64,000 nucleotides of DNA from Octopus bimaculoides (GCF_001194135.2 NC_068985.1:103127038-103191037); one strand, 5' to 3'. Shown: positions 50,661 to 64,000, counted from the first letter of the stretch. Translations and numbers: made by a program. The notes: generated by a model not told the origin, from the letters alone.

Positions 50661-52009
50661 AACAGCGATAATAATAATTTCTTCATATAAATGCTTGACT
50701 TTTGAGTTTAGTTTGTAGGTTACATCTGCATCTGAAACTGCTTGACATCAATTGCATAATGGGTGGAGAAGGTGAGGGTCTGTATTCAAGAAACGGTAGA
50801 GATATTGATGTATGTGTGCTGGATTGATTTTTAAAGAGGAGGTTGTTTTTTTTTTTAATATCTTATTAAATTGCAAGTTCAAATGTGTATGTTATGTTAC
50901 AAGTGTAGTGTATATGATTTGCAAACATGAGTGCAACTGTGTCTATGGATATGCTTCAGTTCTACTTAACATGCACTGTGTTTTTACACTGGGATGTAAC
51001 TTGTTTGTTAGTGTTTATTTTTTTGCATGTTTCAATTCCAGGTTGTTTAGTGTGTTGCTTTTGCCTAAATGACTTGCATATGAAATCATGGACCATATCT
51101 TAAATATGCTAGTGGCTGCAAGCACTTGTAGCCATTATATAATGTAAATGCATAAGGATTGCAGAAGCAGCTTGATATTCTATCTGTGCACCAGCAGTTA
51201 GTGTGAAGAATACTGCATTCATTACTTCCTAATGCACTTATTGATGTACTTGATTGCTTTTTCAAGTGTATTTTTATTTGTAAACTTCCTATATGTGTAA
51301 TTATGTTTAACTGAAGTATATTTATAAAGTATACAGTATATGCATGTGTAGTTGTTTGTGCATGTGAGTTTAAGCATTCTCACCTGGCTATACACTTCAG
51401 TGTGTCTATAAAATTACAGTAACATAAATGTGTATATGTGAGTATAGCAAAATAGATTGTGTGTTGGAGTGTCATGACCAAATTGGTGTGTCTATGTGCA
51501 AATAAATTCCATTTGGTGTATATTTGTATGCAATTGTAAACTCACTTTTGTATAAATTTAGCTTTGTGTATGTGAGTGCAAACAAAATCAGTTGAAGAGT
51601 GCATTTTTGTTATTGCCTACAAATTGAGTTCCAAACAAAATGCCATATGGTATTTAGTTAAGTCTCTGTTCAAATATTTTTCTCTTTTATCCTTCTGGGT
51701 TATAAAATAAGTACCAGTTATATAATTTTATTTTATCATGTATGCACTGTTATCCATATTTTTGGCCTGATGTTATAAGAAATCCTTATCTATTACAGAA
51801 AAAAATCAAGTAAACTGTAGAAGCAAAGCAACCATAAAGACCCATAAAAATAGGTCATATCAGTTTTATTAAAAAGAAATGTTTTAAATTTTAAAGTGCA
51901 TGCAAATAAAACCTTAGAGATGTGTTTGAAAATTTATATAGGATCTGCCAGGTGTGTGTAAGAAATAAAACAATATATACACATATATGAAACTAGTGCA
52001 ATATATATA

Positions 52010-52660
52010 TTGGGTTATCCCATAAATAATGCAGATTTTTCAATTGCATGAACTAAAAGTCAGAGGGTGATGGGATAAACTACCTGCATTAACTTACTAT
52101 AAAAGCAGGTAGTAATTTTACCTTGTGCTTTTTCTTAGTGCAAACTTTTAAGAGTGCAGTTCAATTTTAAGTTATTTTTTCAAAGTTATAGTGGCAGTGA
52201 CAAAGGAATTTATTCAGCATATTTTGCTTTCTGAGTTCAATAAAGGCAACCACACAATGGAAAGTGCAAGGAATATTAATGCAGTATATGGGGATCAGAC
52301 AATAAGCATAAGCCAGTGTCAACAGTGGTTACAGAAATTCCGAGCCGGAAACTACAGCCTAGAAGACGAGCCTTGTCCTGAAAGATCTGTAGAGCTCAAT
52401 GAGGACGTTCTATGAACCCTGGTGGAACAAAATCCCATTGTAACTGTTGAGCAACTAGCAGAGAAGCTTGGATTTGGTCATTCAATTATTCATCGACACT
52501 TGTGTGCCATCGGAAAAGTCAGTAAATTGAGTCAATGGGTTCCTCACAAACTTTCCGCGTCTAATCGCACACAGAGAGTGAATGTGTATTCTTCTTTGCT
52601 GTCACATCTCACAAATGAACCTTTTTTGGACCGAATAGTGACTGGTAACGAGAAATAGGT
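52010..52660 (+). mobile_element. Mariner element, 5' part, with inactivated transposase (N-terminal HTH to the start of the catalytic domain)
   Basis: TA then TTGGGTTATCCATAAATAATGC terminus; ORFs 52191-52415 and 52422-52658 are in one frame split by TGA; motifs WVPHKL (WVPHEL) and RIVTGNEK (RIVTGDEK); truncated at the 3' side. Confidence 0.93.
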
Positions 52661-55043
52661 TTAATTGCTGTTTGGCTTGTCTTTGAAAAAGTCACACTAA
52701 ATGAATGGTCACCACATGCTTACACATGTATAATTATATACTCATGTATATGCATACGTGGGTATATGTATGCAAAGTATATATTTGACTGCATTTTGCT
52801 TGTATACACTTCCTTGTATATCTCTGTTGCATCTTCACCTTCTCTCTTCTCTTTCTACTCTCCTACTGAAGTAGCCATATATCTCCTTTACTGTAAGACA
52901 CCTATTTCTATTCCTCTATTCATACTGTAATCTCTCATCACCTAGCACAAATTCACCTCCCTCATTACTACTCTCCAGTCAGATGTGGTGGGTGTGGAGG
53001 GTCTTGTTAGTTATTTGGTGATGTCATTGCTGTTGGTTCCACATTGTAAGTACTCATTACACACTGAAAAGTGGTCAGCGTTTGGAAGGGCATCCAGGCA
53101 TGGAAACCATGCAAAAGTTGATAGTAAAGCTTGGTGCAGTCTTCTGATTTCCTAGCTCTTGTCAAACTGTCCAGTTTATACCAGCATAGACAATGTACTT
53201 TAAATAATGAGTAGGATGATCTTGATGCATCCATTTCACAGTAAAATACTTATGACAAACACATGCACTATAAGAAGTGAAGACATTGAGAAATCCAGCA
53301 GTTATGAAAAGCGAGTAAGCTCACCATTAGGGATTTGAACTCTGAACCACATGTTACTAGCTATTGTGAAACTTGTAGACTAGCACACTATCATCTCAGA
53401 CGTTTCTTTTTCCTCTTTTGTCATCTTTTTTTATGTATGTATTGATGTGAGTGTATGCAAAAGTACACAAATGCAATTATGCATGTAACATAGTGTTTAG
53501 TATGCAAAATCCTTACATATCTTCACCAAACACATCCCTGCTGCACCTGTTGCTGCACATTTACAAGAGGTTTTTTTAGGTAGATGTGCAATTGTGTGTG
53601 TGTGGGATTGATTGAAATAATAAGCAAATAAAAATAAACCTACACTTCATTACTAGACTGAGACATTGGGTTTTGGAAATAAATTGGAAAAACCTCATTC
53701 CAAACCTCATTGAATATATATTATAAAAACTGACGAGTGGTTCTAGAGTGATAGAGAAAGCATATGTTAAGTATCTCCCAGCCTGGATTCTATGTTGTAT
53801 TTAATCTGCAGATATATACCTTACTTCCCTTTTGCTCAGTATAGCTACTAAGATTCTTCCAGCAAACTCATACTTCTTTAGATATTTTAATTCTGACTTT
53901 CTATCAAACTATGGCGTTTTTGCATTACCTCCATTAATATTTTTGAACATATTTAATAGAAAACATGTTGGGAAAGGATTCACACATTTTAAATGACAAA
54001 ATGTTTGAAATAAATCCAGATGCCTTGCTTTATAATTCTTTTTCCTCATTGCCTTGGAAATCTCTGATCATATTTTCTTTCCAACTACTTGCATGTAGAA
54101 ATTCAATGTTTCTTCTCTTAATCCCATTCTTCACTCAAGAAGAATCTAAACGAATAAAAGGTTAAAGTTCTGATCTTTTGGTCACACTTCTTTCCTTTTT
54201 ACGTATTTTCATATCTATTTGAAACAGATAAGCACACATTTATAAAATGCCACCTAAGTGGTTGCTGAAAGTGCTGAAAAGGACAATTTCAGAATTGTCC
54301 ACCAGACCATAGTATCCATCAATAGAAAAAAAAAAATGACCTGTCTTATAGTTGCCACTAAAGATATGTTCTGTTAAAGAATTTAAAATCCTCAATCGCT
54401 GTTAACTCTAATATACCATACTCAACCTAGCAAGTCCATGCAAAATGGTTGGGTATTCAGGTTGGGATGCCTTTAGAAATTATGGCCTACTCATGCCAGT
54501 CACATTCCAGAAGTATTTATAGTGATGCAAACACACACATTATTATTGTTATTATTAGTATTATTATTTACAGAATTGTAAAATTCAGCACTGTTTGTCA
54601 AATCATCGCATATATATATATATAAATATTTAGAGATGTGCTTTTCTTTTTCTTTACTTGTTTTAGAGTCACTTTACTGTGGCCATAGTGGGGCACTGCA
54701 TTGAAGGTTTTAGTCAAACAAATTGACCCAAGTACTTAGGTCTTTTTACTACTGCTGCTTATTGAAACAGTATCTTTTGTTGAACTGCTACGTTAGAGAA
54801 ACAAAAAAAACAAAACAACACTGATTTTCAAGCAATGGGGCTGACAAAGAGAGGTACACACACACACACACACACACACACATACGCATATGTATGGGGC
54901 AATATGTGTATGTATGAATGTATATGCACAAACTTTTAAACCACACTTGTGCCTATATATATATAAATATATATACATGGTGCTTAAGCATACCCATGCC
55001 TGTGTATATATATACACACACACACGCACACACACACACATAC

Positions 55044-55093
<50 letters not shown>

Positions 55094-55144
55094 NNNNNNN
55101 NNNNNNNNNNNNNNNNNNNNNNNNNNNNNNNNNNNNNNNNNNNN

Positions 55145-55187
<43 letters not shown>

Positions 55188-55520
55188 CATATGTGTGTAA
55201 TTTCCTAGCTATAAATATAAATATACACATATATACTGCCATCTGTGTATCATAGTAAATATTCTCACAGAATGCATAATGGTGTGGAATTGTCTGAGAT
55301 AAAAATCTCTTCATAAACATCTTTTAAATACACACACACACATGTATATTTATATACAGTTATAAAGATTGTTTGATGTGGTGTACAGATATGAAAAATG
55401 ATGAAGTTAGGATTTTTGGCTAATTATTCATTTAGCACTTTCATCTCTTTTTGAGAGATTCATCATGAATGATTTTTACTTACATAATAATTCATGCTTT
55501 CTATATATGTGTCTGTATTC

Positions 55521-56217
55521 GTGTGTTAGTTGAAAACAAATCTGGAGTTGAATTGAGAAAATGTTCTTTGTTATTTCGAGTCCATGAGTGGTGAATTTTT
55601 GGAGGTTTTGTAAGAGAGAGAGGAAAAAAGAAAGAAAGAAAGAAAGAGATCTTTTTCTGGGATTGATGAAATTGCTTTGTATTTTTGGTTAGTTGTCATG
55701 TTATCCAGCTGTAGAGAGGGGTCTTTTTCTGGGATGATTGAAATTAATTACAGTTCAAGAAGTCAATTTTCTTTTACTCCTTGTAGTTTTGGTCAGTTGT
55801 CATGTTACCCAGCTGTGGAAAATACACTATCAAATCATTATGGAATTTTTTAAAATGTATCTGTGTGAGAGTGTGTGTGTGTTGGTTGCTCCTGTGAATT
55901 TTGCCAGTTATTTTAGTAACAATAACCAGAACATTACTAATAATATCCAACAGTAATCTGATTTGTTTCATCTGGGACACTAATTTTTTTTAATAAGGAT
56001 TTCTTGTGTTTATAGATATATTTTTTTTTTATACATTTAGTTTAATTAAGAATTTTTTAATAAAATGTAGTTCTGTTGCCTTCTGGTACTTTGGGTCATC
56101 CCTTGGGCATTTGTAGAAGGAAAAGATCTTACCCTTTCTACTGCTGGCTACCATGACAACAGACCAAAAATACAATGCAATTTCAGCTATCTTGGAGAAA
56201 GACTTTCTCTCTTTCTC

Positions 56218-56249
<32 letters not shown>

Positions 56250-56361
56250 TTTTACTAAGCCTCCAAAAAATTACCACACATACACATACACACGTATTCA
56301 AAATAACAAAACATTATCTTCTCAATTCAACTCCAGATTTTTTTTTTCAACTAACTCACAC
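55521..56361. repeat. Old foldback element with ~210-240 bp imperfect inverted arms
   Basis: 55521-55730 vs 56131-56361 (AATCTGGAGTTGAATTGAGAA..(GAAA)n..TTGTATTTTTGGT..GTTGTCATG); partial third copy at about 55720-55830. Confidence 0.8.
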
Positions 56362-56439
56362 ATATATAAAAGGCATGAATCTCCCAAAACGAGATAACAG
56401 TTCTGAATAAGTAATTATCCAAAAATCCTGACTATCTCT

Positions 56440-56600
56440 CTTTTCAGCAACATAATTACACACTTGCTGTTAGCGATTTCTTTTCCTTTTTTGGACCTTT
56501 CCTTTTCTCCTTTCCGATGAAGAGCTATACTCGAAACATCCAACTCTCTCTTTTCACTGAGCATCAAACTAATACATTTCTTGCACATGTCCTCTCATTG
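56440..56600 (+). mobile_element. Penelope-like terminal repeat fragment
   Basis: CCGATGAAGAGCTATACTCGAAAC...CAAACTAATACAT, same architecture as 16100-16325. Confidence 0.5.
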
Positions 56601-57829
56601 CCCATTAACTTTACTCATTTATTTGAATTGACTATATATATCGGACCTTTAATGGGGTCTTCTGTGTTGCTAGTATTCACTGTAGGATTCTAGTCTGAGG
56701 GTTACTTGCCCTACCAGCCAGGTGGGTCCTGGAAACTTTCATGGGGACTCCATTTCCTCTTTGAAGTTTTTGACATTATAATTACAATATTACTACTACC
56801 ACAGCAACTATGGTTATTATTTGATAGATTGGATAAAGATGGAACAAATACAGATGGAGCACACTGATATCACTGTCTTGGAAGGGGACCACTTCGAGGC
56901 AGCAACCAGAGAATTTCTTTTGTTTTAGTTTTCAGTACCATGAGCATAACCACTGCTCAACCTATGTAACTATTATCATCATCATCATTATGAAAATGTA
57001 ATCATTATTTCTATCACCATTTTTAGCATCCCTACCATCTGTTTCATCATTGTCATCATCATCATCATCATCATTTTATCTTTGTTTTCATTATCTCGTA
57101 TTTTCTTTTTTCCTTGTTTCAAAATTTTCTTTACATTTTCCACCTTTTCATCTTAATCATAATCTTCATAATCAACATTGCTACCTTACCTCCTCCTTTC
57201 CAATATGCACAGTTCATAGATCTCTGGCAATTGGCAGCAGCACTAATAACACAGCAAGATCAATATTGTCATGGCAACTAGAAAGCTATGCACTTTTTTC
57301 TTCTACCATTACTACAATTTCCCTTTTCTGTATTTCACTCTACTTCCTATCTTACCGTTTCTATTTAGTAATACTTTCTTCAACATGTAAGAAGCTATTG
57401 TTTTCTTTTTTCTGTCTCTATTTTCTCTGTGTGTAAATTTGAGTGTATAAATATACCTGGTGCATGTGTGTATCTTTGTGTAATATGTAGTTTTGTGATT
57501 ACTTATACATTCAGGCATATACGAGGTCACGTATTTGCATGTATTTATTCTTCTGGATGAAAGCATGAAATGTGCGCATATACATTTACAGACATGTTTT
57601 CTTTCTCTCAGTTATATATATATACACTTATTGGCACACATTTTAAGCTGAAAGGATTAAAGGGTTGTGTGTTACAATAGAACTGCACAACTACACAGGT
57701 TATGTCCCTTACATCTTCTGATATTACACCAGCTATGGCTGCATATGTCTCTTAATTTGATTAAAAGTTGCTATATTTATCAATATAGATTAATTAATTT
57801 AAAAGTTACCAATTACAGAATCAAAATGG

Positions 57830-59640
57830 GCATGACCAGACCAATTTGACATTCCAGCAAACTCTACTCAATGTAGTAAGAAGTTATTGAAGAAATTCAA
57901 CTATTCCTTGACAACTGTCTATCTTGACATTAATCCTTGCAAATTAGGATTTTTCTTCTTAAAATATTGGACCTGATGTATGTAGTAGCCATTATACAAT
58001 ATTTACACCACTTGATAATACCTTAAAATGGCTTGAAGAAGCTCATGTGAAACCCCCTAATAAAATATATGTTTAGATGCCTTCTGACGGAAACAAACTT
58101 CTACAGAATTGTATCAGCTCCTGATTGCAATTTTAAATCTATAACAGCTGAAGAAAAATGTTCATTTGTAAGAGGCCACTAGTCTAAAACCTTAATATTG
58201 GCAAGTGCCATCTAACAGTATAGAGATTTGAAAGATGCCCAGTTTAATGCTGGATCATATTAAATGCTTTTTGTTTTTGTGGAGTACTCTGATATTAGTG
58301 GAAAAATTTTCATGGTAAATTTGAACAAGTTGCTTCAGTGATCCCTAAAGCTTTAAGAATGGGCTATTTCTGTGGTAGCTTGAATATCCACCCTTGTGCT
58401 TGTGTTAAAACTGTTGTTTGTTAAAATGTAAAAGAGTAGGGTACTAGTCTACTATCTGATAGTCTGATGACTGCACCTCTTGTGTCCTTCAGAGGGTTTG
58501 TTCAGCTACTGAGACCCTTTTACTATCTATGATAATGGTGAAAATTGCTGACAAGATGTGAAAATTCTCTTTGATACAAGCTCATCAGAAAATTTTATCT
58601 GTTAAATATAAGCTAATCAGCTCAAACTGACAATATATCCCAAACCAGGTACTGTTTCTGTGGCTAAATTCTGAATTAACAACATAAATTAATGGATTCT
58701 TTATAGCTAAAACATCTATAAAAGATAAATTATATGAAAATGTAGAACACTTTGTTGTTCTACTATTTTTGTTGATCTGATTCTTGCCATGCCTTTTTGA
58801 AATTGCATACAGAAAGTAGAGTTATTTATCCTGGATCAGGACCATTTTATTTTGTAGTCATATTTAACTACAAGTGGCTGAAAATATGGTTAATGTTTCC
58901 AAAATCTCACTCAAATTTGTTGCAGCCAATTCTTACTGATGCAGTGTCGATAGTAAAGAATTGATTCAATAATTTGAAAACTTTGACAAAAAGGTATCAT
59001 AGAATTAAGCAATTCACCACTTCTGTCAAAAAGTTTGGCTTTTATTGGTGATTCCATTTAGAAAATGCTTGTAGTAGATTTTTGTCAAGCTACAAACATT
59101 TTACAGAGTTTGATGTTTATCTAGTTCCCTATATAGATGATCTAGTCAATATTATATTCAAACATTAATGTTACAATAAAAGTAATCTAAGTAGAATTTA
59201 TTATTAAATTAATAAATACATTAAAAAAATAAAAGCAAACTAAAAAACTGAAAACAGTTTTCCAAGCTTCTAGAGGTCTATATAAATTTACAAAAGTTCC
59301 TTTGAGTATTACAACTGGTGTGTCAATGTTTCAGGTAAGTGTTGAACTTATCAACTGAAGTAATCTTTAAGATATCTATCAAATAGTTCAAATAATTTTT
59401 TGCTTATGGTGAAAAAAGTCTGAATCCAAACCAATCTTTCATTAAATGGACAAGCATAATAATCTAATCTTAAACAAAAGTGAATGTAAATATTTGATAT
59501 TTCATAACTTCTTAGGTTATTTAATTTCATATGGAGAATTGTCTTGGTATGGAATATTTTCAAGCCCTCAAATACTGGAATTGTTTTGAAAGCTACTATT
59601 AAAATATCAGAATGTTAGTCAATATAAACTTGTCTGGGGA
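57830..59640 (+). mobile_element. Decayed Ty3/gypsy LTR retrotransposon internal region (gag-protease-RT)
   Basis: Colinear peptides DCNFKSITAEE (gag), FCGSLNIHPC (zinc-knuckle remnant), ILFDTSSSENFI (protease DTG), KGIIELSNSP, DVYLVPYIDDLVN, GLYKFTKVPLSITTGVSMFQ, NLILNKSEC..FLGYLIS (RT); many stops; no clear LTRs. Confidence 0.82.
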
Positions 59641-59705
59641 TGCTGTAAAATATAAGCTGTTATTGTACCTTTTTGTTTATAGGCCCAGTATCATCAGATT
59701 CATAA

Positions 59706-61034
59706 CACTGGGAAACATGGTTTTTCTTCTTCTGGTGTTAGAGACATGCTTCCTAATAATTATGGGGTACTGATTTCAAAGATGAAATCCATTTTACTCT
59801 ATCATACCAAGATTTTTCACAAACTCAAATGTCCATTTTTCAACATTTCTGGTGTTGTCACTATTTCTAAGGGTAGATATTAGCTTCTAATCCAGACCCG
59901 TGTATGAAGCTTGACAAAACTTTGAAAATATAGTTTTTCGTTATCATTTAAAGTAATTGCAACTACAAAAGTGAAAACAAAAGTCATGGTTTAAATATCT
60001 TCGGTAAATAAAAAGCATCAAGCTTCAACAACTTACGCTATTTTCAATCTATGAGGACATGTTCTTTATACAATTAGATGTATAACGAAAACTGTGTGGT
60101 AAGTAGCTTGCTTACCAACCACATGGTACCGGGTACATTCCCACTGCGTGGCACCTTGGGCAAGTGTCTTCTAGTATAGCTTCGGACTGACCAAAGCCTT
60201 GTGAGTGGATTTGGTAGACGGAAACTGAAAGAAGCCCGTCGTATATATGCATATATATGTATGTGTGTGTATATGTTTGTGTGTCTGTGTCCCCCCAACA
60301 TGGCTTGACAACCGATGGTGGTGTGCTTAGGTCCCCGTAACTTAGCAGTTCGGCAAAAGAGACCGATAGAATAAGTACTAGGCATCCAAAGAATAAGTCC
60401 TGGGGTCGATTTGCTCGACTAAAGGCAGTGCTCCAGCATGGCCGGAGTCAAATGACTGAAACAAGTAAAAGAGTAAAAGAGAGTATAAGTTCTTTATAAT
60501 TTGATGACTTCCTGGGAAACAGGAAGTCATCAAATTATGAAGAAGTTGTGCAGATGCTGTGAACCAGTTTTCAAGCCCTGTGCTGCAACATGAGTGTCAA
60601 AGTGCATTTCCTGCACAGTCATTTGGACTACTTCCCTGAAAATCATAGTGCAGTAAATGATGAGCAAGGAGAAAAATTCTTCCAAAACATCGAAACCATG
60701 GAGACTAGGTATCAAGGCAGGTGGAATTCTTTTGTGATGCAGGTTATTTAATGCAAAACAGCAAAGAGAAAGTTTACTCCTTGAGTAGCTGAAATTCCAG
60801 TTTGACAGAAAAATCTATCCTAAGATGTGTAATTAAACATTCTATGTAATATATTTGTTAAACAGTAAAAAGTACTATTTAGTTTGTGTTATTTTCTTAT
60901 TTTAGTATTGCATTTAATGGCAAAATGAACAATATTTGGTAAAAAAAAAAAAAAAAATGAATTGCTGTTTTACAAAAAAAATTGACATAACAGGAAATTT
61001 CTGAACCCAGCACCTTCAAAATTGTTCCCCAGTG
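59706..61034 (+). mobile_element. Chapaev3-type (CMC) DNA transposon, internally deleted, with a SINE inserted
   Basis: Ends CACTGGGAAACA / TGTTCCCCAGTG; about 60506-60740 encodes DFLGNRKSSNYEEVVQML*TSFQALCCNMSVKVHFLHSHLDYFPENHSAVNDEQGEKFFQNIETMETRYQGRW, the characteristic C-terminal transposase block; alternative right end at 61203. Confidence 0.85.
60092..60483 (+). mobile_element. tRNA-derived SINE family 2 (octopus OK/OR-like; bipartite with internal TA/TG microsatellite), full length
   Basis: TGTGTGGTAAGTAGCTTGCTTACCAACCACATGG head and GACTGAAACAAGTAAAAGAG tail; other copies at 7326, 14695, 32480 and 36405. Confidence 0.9.
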
Positions 61035-61567
61035 GTGTTATCAATGAAATAATAAAAACAGCTGACCAGTCCTGCTACTGTCTAACAATAAAATTGTCTT
61101 TATTCAGTGAGTAAGCGGAAGAAAAAAAGAAAAAAAACTCGTGTTAGAAGATAACTGACTACAGTTTTGAAATCAGCACGCCAGTTTTCGTCTAAATCCA
61201 GTGTAAGGCAATCTCACCAGAAATTATGTTCAAAATTGTTTCCCTTTGTAATTAATACCCAGCACGAACTTGAAAATTGAATGTATGATGTGTCAATTAT
61301 ATTTACATACAAGTTCTGCTTAAGTATAAAAGAGTTATGTCCCTTACATCTTCCATTACTAGGGTTGCTGACGTTATATATTGCATCTTTTTTTAATTAA
61401 TTAAAGGATGCTGGAACATTATCGTAACAATGTGTGACTGTGTCTCAGAAATCAGTGGTGATGGCTGAAGCTAGAAACAGAAAAATATGTTGCAATAATG
61501 ATTGTAGTCTTTTTCATTTGGTCTTATGGCAAAAAAAAAAAAAAAAAAGTTGATTACACCAGTTGTA

Positions 61568-61922
61568 GGCCCAGTGGTTAGGGCAGCGGACTCGCGGTCA
61601 TAGGATCGCGGTTTCGATTCCCAAACCGGGCGTTGTGAGTGTTTATTGATTGAAAACACCTAAAGCTCCACGAGGCTCGGCAGGGGATGGTGGCGAACCC
61701 TGCTGTACTCTTCCACCACAACTTTCTCTCACTCTTACTTCCTGTTTCTGTTGTGCCTGTAATTCAAAGGGTCAGCCTGAATATCCCCAAGAACTACGTT
61801 AAGAGTACACGTGTCTGTGGAGTGCGCAGCCACTAGCACGTTAATTTCACGAGCAGGCTCTTCCGTTGATTGGATCAACTGGAACCCTCGACGTCGTAAG
61901 CGACGGAGTGCCAGCAACAACA
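61568..61922 (+). mobile_element. tRNA-derived SINE family 1
   Basis: Direct match to 40032-40497 with a short internal deletion. Confidence 0.92.
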
Positions 61923-62689
61923 ATCATTTAACACCTGTTTTCCATGCTGGCTGCGACGGGATCTGGTGAACCACAGAGCTGCATTGTGCTCAGTGTCAGC
62001 TTGGGTATAGTTTCTATGGCTGGATGCCCCAATCGCCTTCTTGTTAAGGTGGATGGAAGTATCCAGGAAAAGGTAGTGATGGGCTGCCAGAGTAAAGCCC
62101 AGGAGGAACAAGAGATGGTATGAGAAATGGAATAGGAGGAACAGGTGGTTATAAAAGTGAAAGGAGAAAATAACAGATGGTTAGATGTCAGGGTAGAGGT
62201 GAATGTAGTAGTGAGTGATGAATAGGAGTGGAATTGTGGATTGATGGGAAATATCAGTATGGATGGGGAAGAAGAAGAGAGGGGGTAGGAGTGACTAAGG
62301 GATGATAGTTCAAGGAGTAGGAGATAAAAGCTGTTGGAAAGGATATATAGGGTAGCTATTGTGTGTGATCCTGGTGGCAGATAAGAACAGATATACTAGG
62401 TGTTAAGATGAAGTATGGCTGAGGGATGTGGAGGGGAAATAGTATGTGGAAAGGAAGGCAGTAACTAGTAACACAATGGATTAGGGGATGTAATATCAAG
62501 GAGAGGTGGTTAGGGAGTTGAGATGTAGGCAATTCTTGACAGGGCAGTATGGGTGTAGTGAGAGGGGTAAGTGTAGGAGAGGGGTAAGTGGGAAATGTTT
62601 GACAAGGCTGTATGGGTGTAGGGACTGCACCCAGTACATAAAATCATAGACAAAATGTATCTAGGACCTGGTATATTTGCTGTGATGGA

Positions 62690-62990
62690 TGGGTCTTCTT
62701 GAGCACTGCAAATTGCCAATCATTTCCGTGAGACTAAGCATCTTGAAATCAACCTTCACTACTTTCCTCGCTCTCTTTCACAAGTTCCATCCACTTTAAA
62801 TGATGAGAACTTCTTTATGCAGCTGTCCTCATCCATGTGTATCACATGACCAAACCAGTGCAATCTCTCTTGCACATTACATCTAATTCCTCATGCACAA
62901 TTTTTTTCTATATCATCTCCGTTGTACATGCACATCTGATGAAGCATACTAGTTTCATTCCTCTCAAGTCTTCACATATCTACTGAATAT
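62690..62990 (-). mobile_element. RTE-clade LINE, 3' end of ORF
   Basis: Minus strand ERLHWFGHVIHMDEDSCIKK (RLRWFGHVxRM motif); 61925-62690 may be its 3' UTR, ending in a degenerate RTE-type tail. Confidence 0.75.
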
Positions 62991-64000
62991 ATTATTATAT
63001 ATATATATTATTTATATTCATGAAATCAGAGAAGGGTAAAATGCAGCGTTTTTAACTGTGTGAAGCCTAAATAGTGCTATAAATAAAGTGGCTTTAACTG
63101 TGAATTGAAATCAGTTCCTGGCATGACACACTGGAATCTTACTTCACCTTAAGTTGTTTACTACATTAACAAACATATTTACTCCCATATTTTTCCACTT
63201 ATGAAAATCAAAAGAGTTGTACTTCTTGAAAGTCCTTTTAAATATGTACTTTTCCATCACTGTGCTCCTTTAGCACATCAATGTGTGCATTTGTGCAAAT
63301 GCATAATATGCACACACTTGAATTGTATGAAATGATATTGGCAAATGAATACTTTACAACTCATGAAGTAAAAGAATTTGGCTATATTTCAACAACAACC
63401 TATATTTTTGTATAATAAAGGAAGCAAAAATTAATATGAACACAAACTAAAAATAATTATGAAAAAAATTCTGTCAAAGTTTTCCAATTAACACTCCACT
63501 GAAAAGAAGGCAATAAAAATAGAATAACAAATAATTTAAATATACAGTTTAAAAAATGATTTTGTATTTATTTTGTAAATTTTTTTCTCTTTAATTTTAA
63601 AGAGTTTTTATTTATTTATTTTTGCTCAAGTTATTTTACAAATATTTCTCCATGGTTAGTTAATTCCATGTGATCATCATAACTGGGGATATTTTCCTAA
63701 TTTATTCCTTTTAATTTGATTATGAAACAGCTGAATAATTTACTATGCCAGATCAACAGTTAGTTTTTTCTACCTATTTAATTTCATTTGGTCATATTAT
63801 TTTGCAGTTCCTTTTCTTTTTGTTTGTGTGTTGTGCATTTTGTGTGTGTGTTTAATCTCTTGCTGAACTATTTCCAGTTGGAAAGAAGTTTGCTTTTTTG
63901 AACACTAGGGCTTGTTTTAATTATTAACAATCTTCCCACTTCTCTGTCATTCTTTCTCACTATGGTACAGACAATTATTTCTTTACTTTGCTATCTGAAA

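Overview
AT-rich animal genomic DNA with 8 assembly gaps, most likely from an octopus or other coleoid cephalopod (inferred from the SINE families and the dense TA/TG/CA/ATC/TAG microsatellites). There is no long intact ORF and no host gene I can name. Most entries in the ORF track are microsatellite, gap or repeat artefacts. The window is mainly layered transposon remnants: at least five short-retroposon families, and decayed coding pieces of mariner, Tigger/pogo, Helitron, Chapaev3, Ty3/gypsy, R4/Dong, RTE and Penelope-like elements. Among them lie weak to moderate candidate exons and promoter-like islands (about 1.7-4.9 kb minus, 19-28 kb plus, 35.3 kb plus, 36.9-38.1 kb minus, 48.5 kb plus). 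The most distinctive structure is a family of three roughly 570-670 bp MITEs. They have GG termini, 8-bp target duplications (Merlin-like), shared arms, an internal inverted CCAAT/TGACGTC motif and different cores carrying TTAGGG telomeric repeats. Other notable items are a candidate recursive splice site (20324/20325), a 110-bp near-perfect inverted repeat (42980-43266) and a probable template-switch hairpin inside the Chapaev3 transposase remnant. All family assignments come from recalled motifs; no database search was run.
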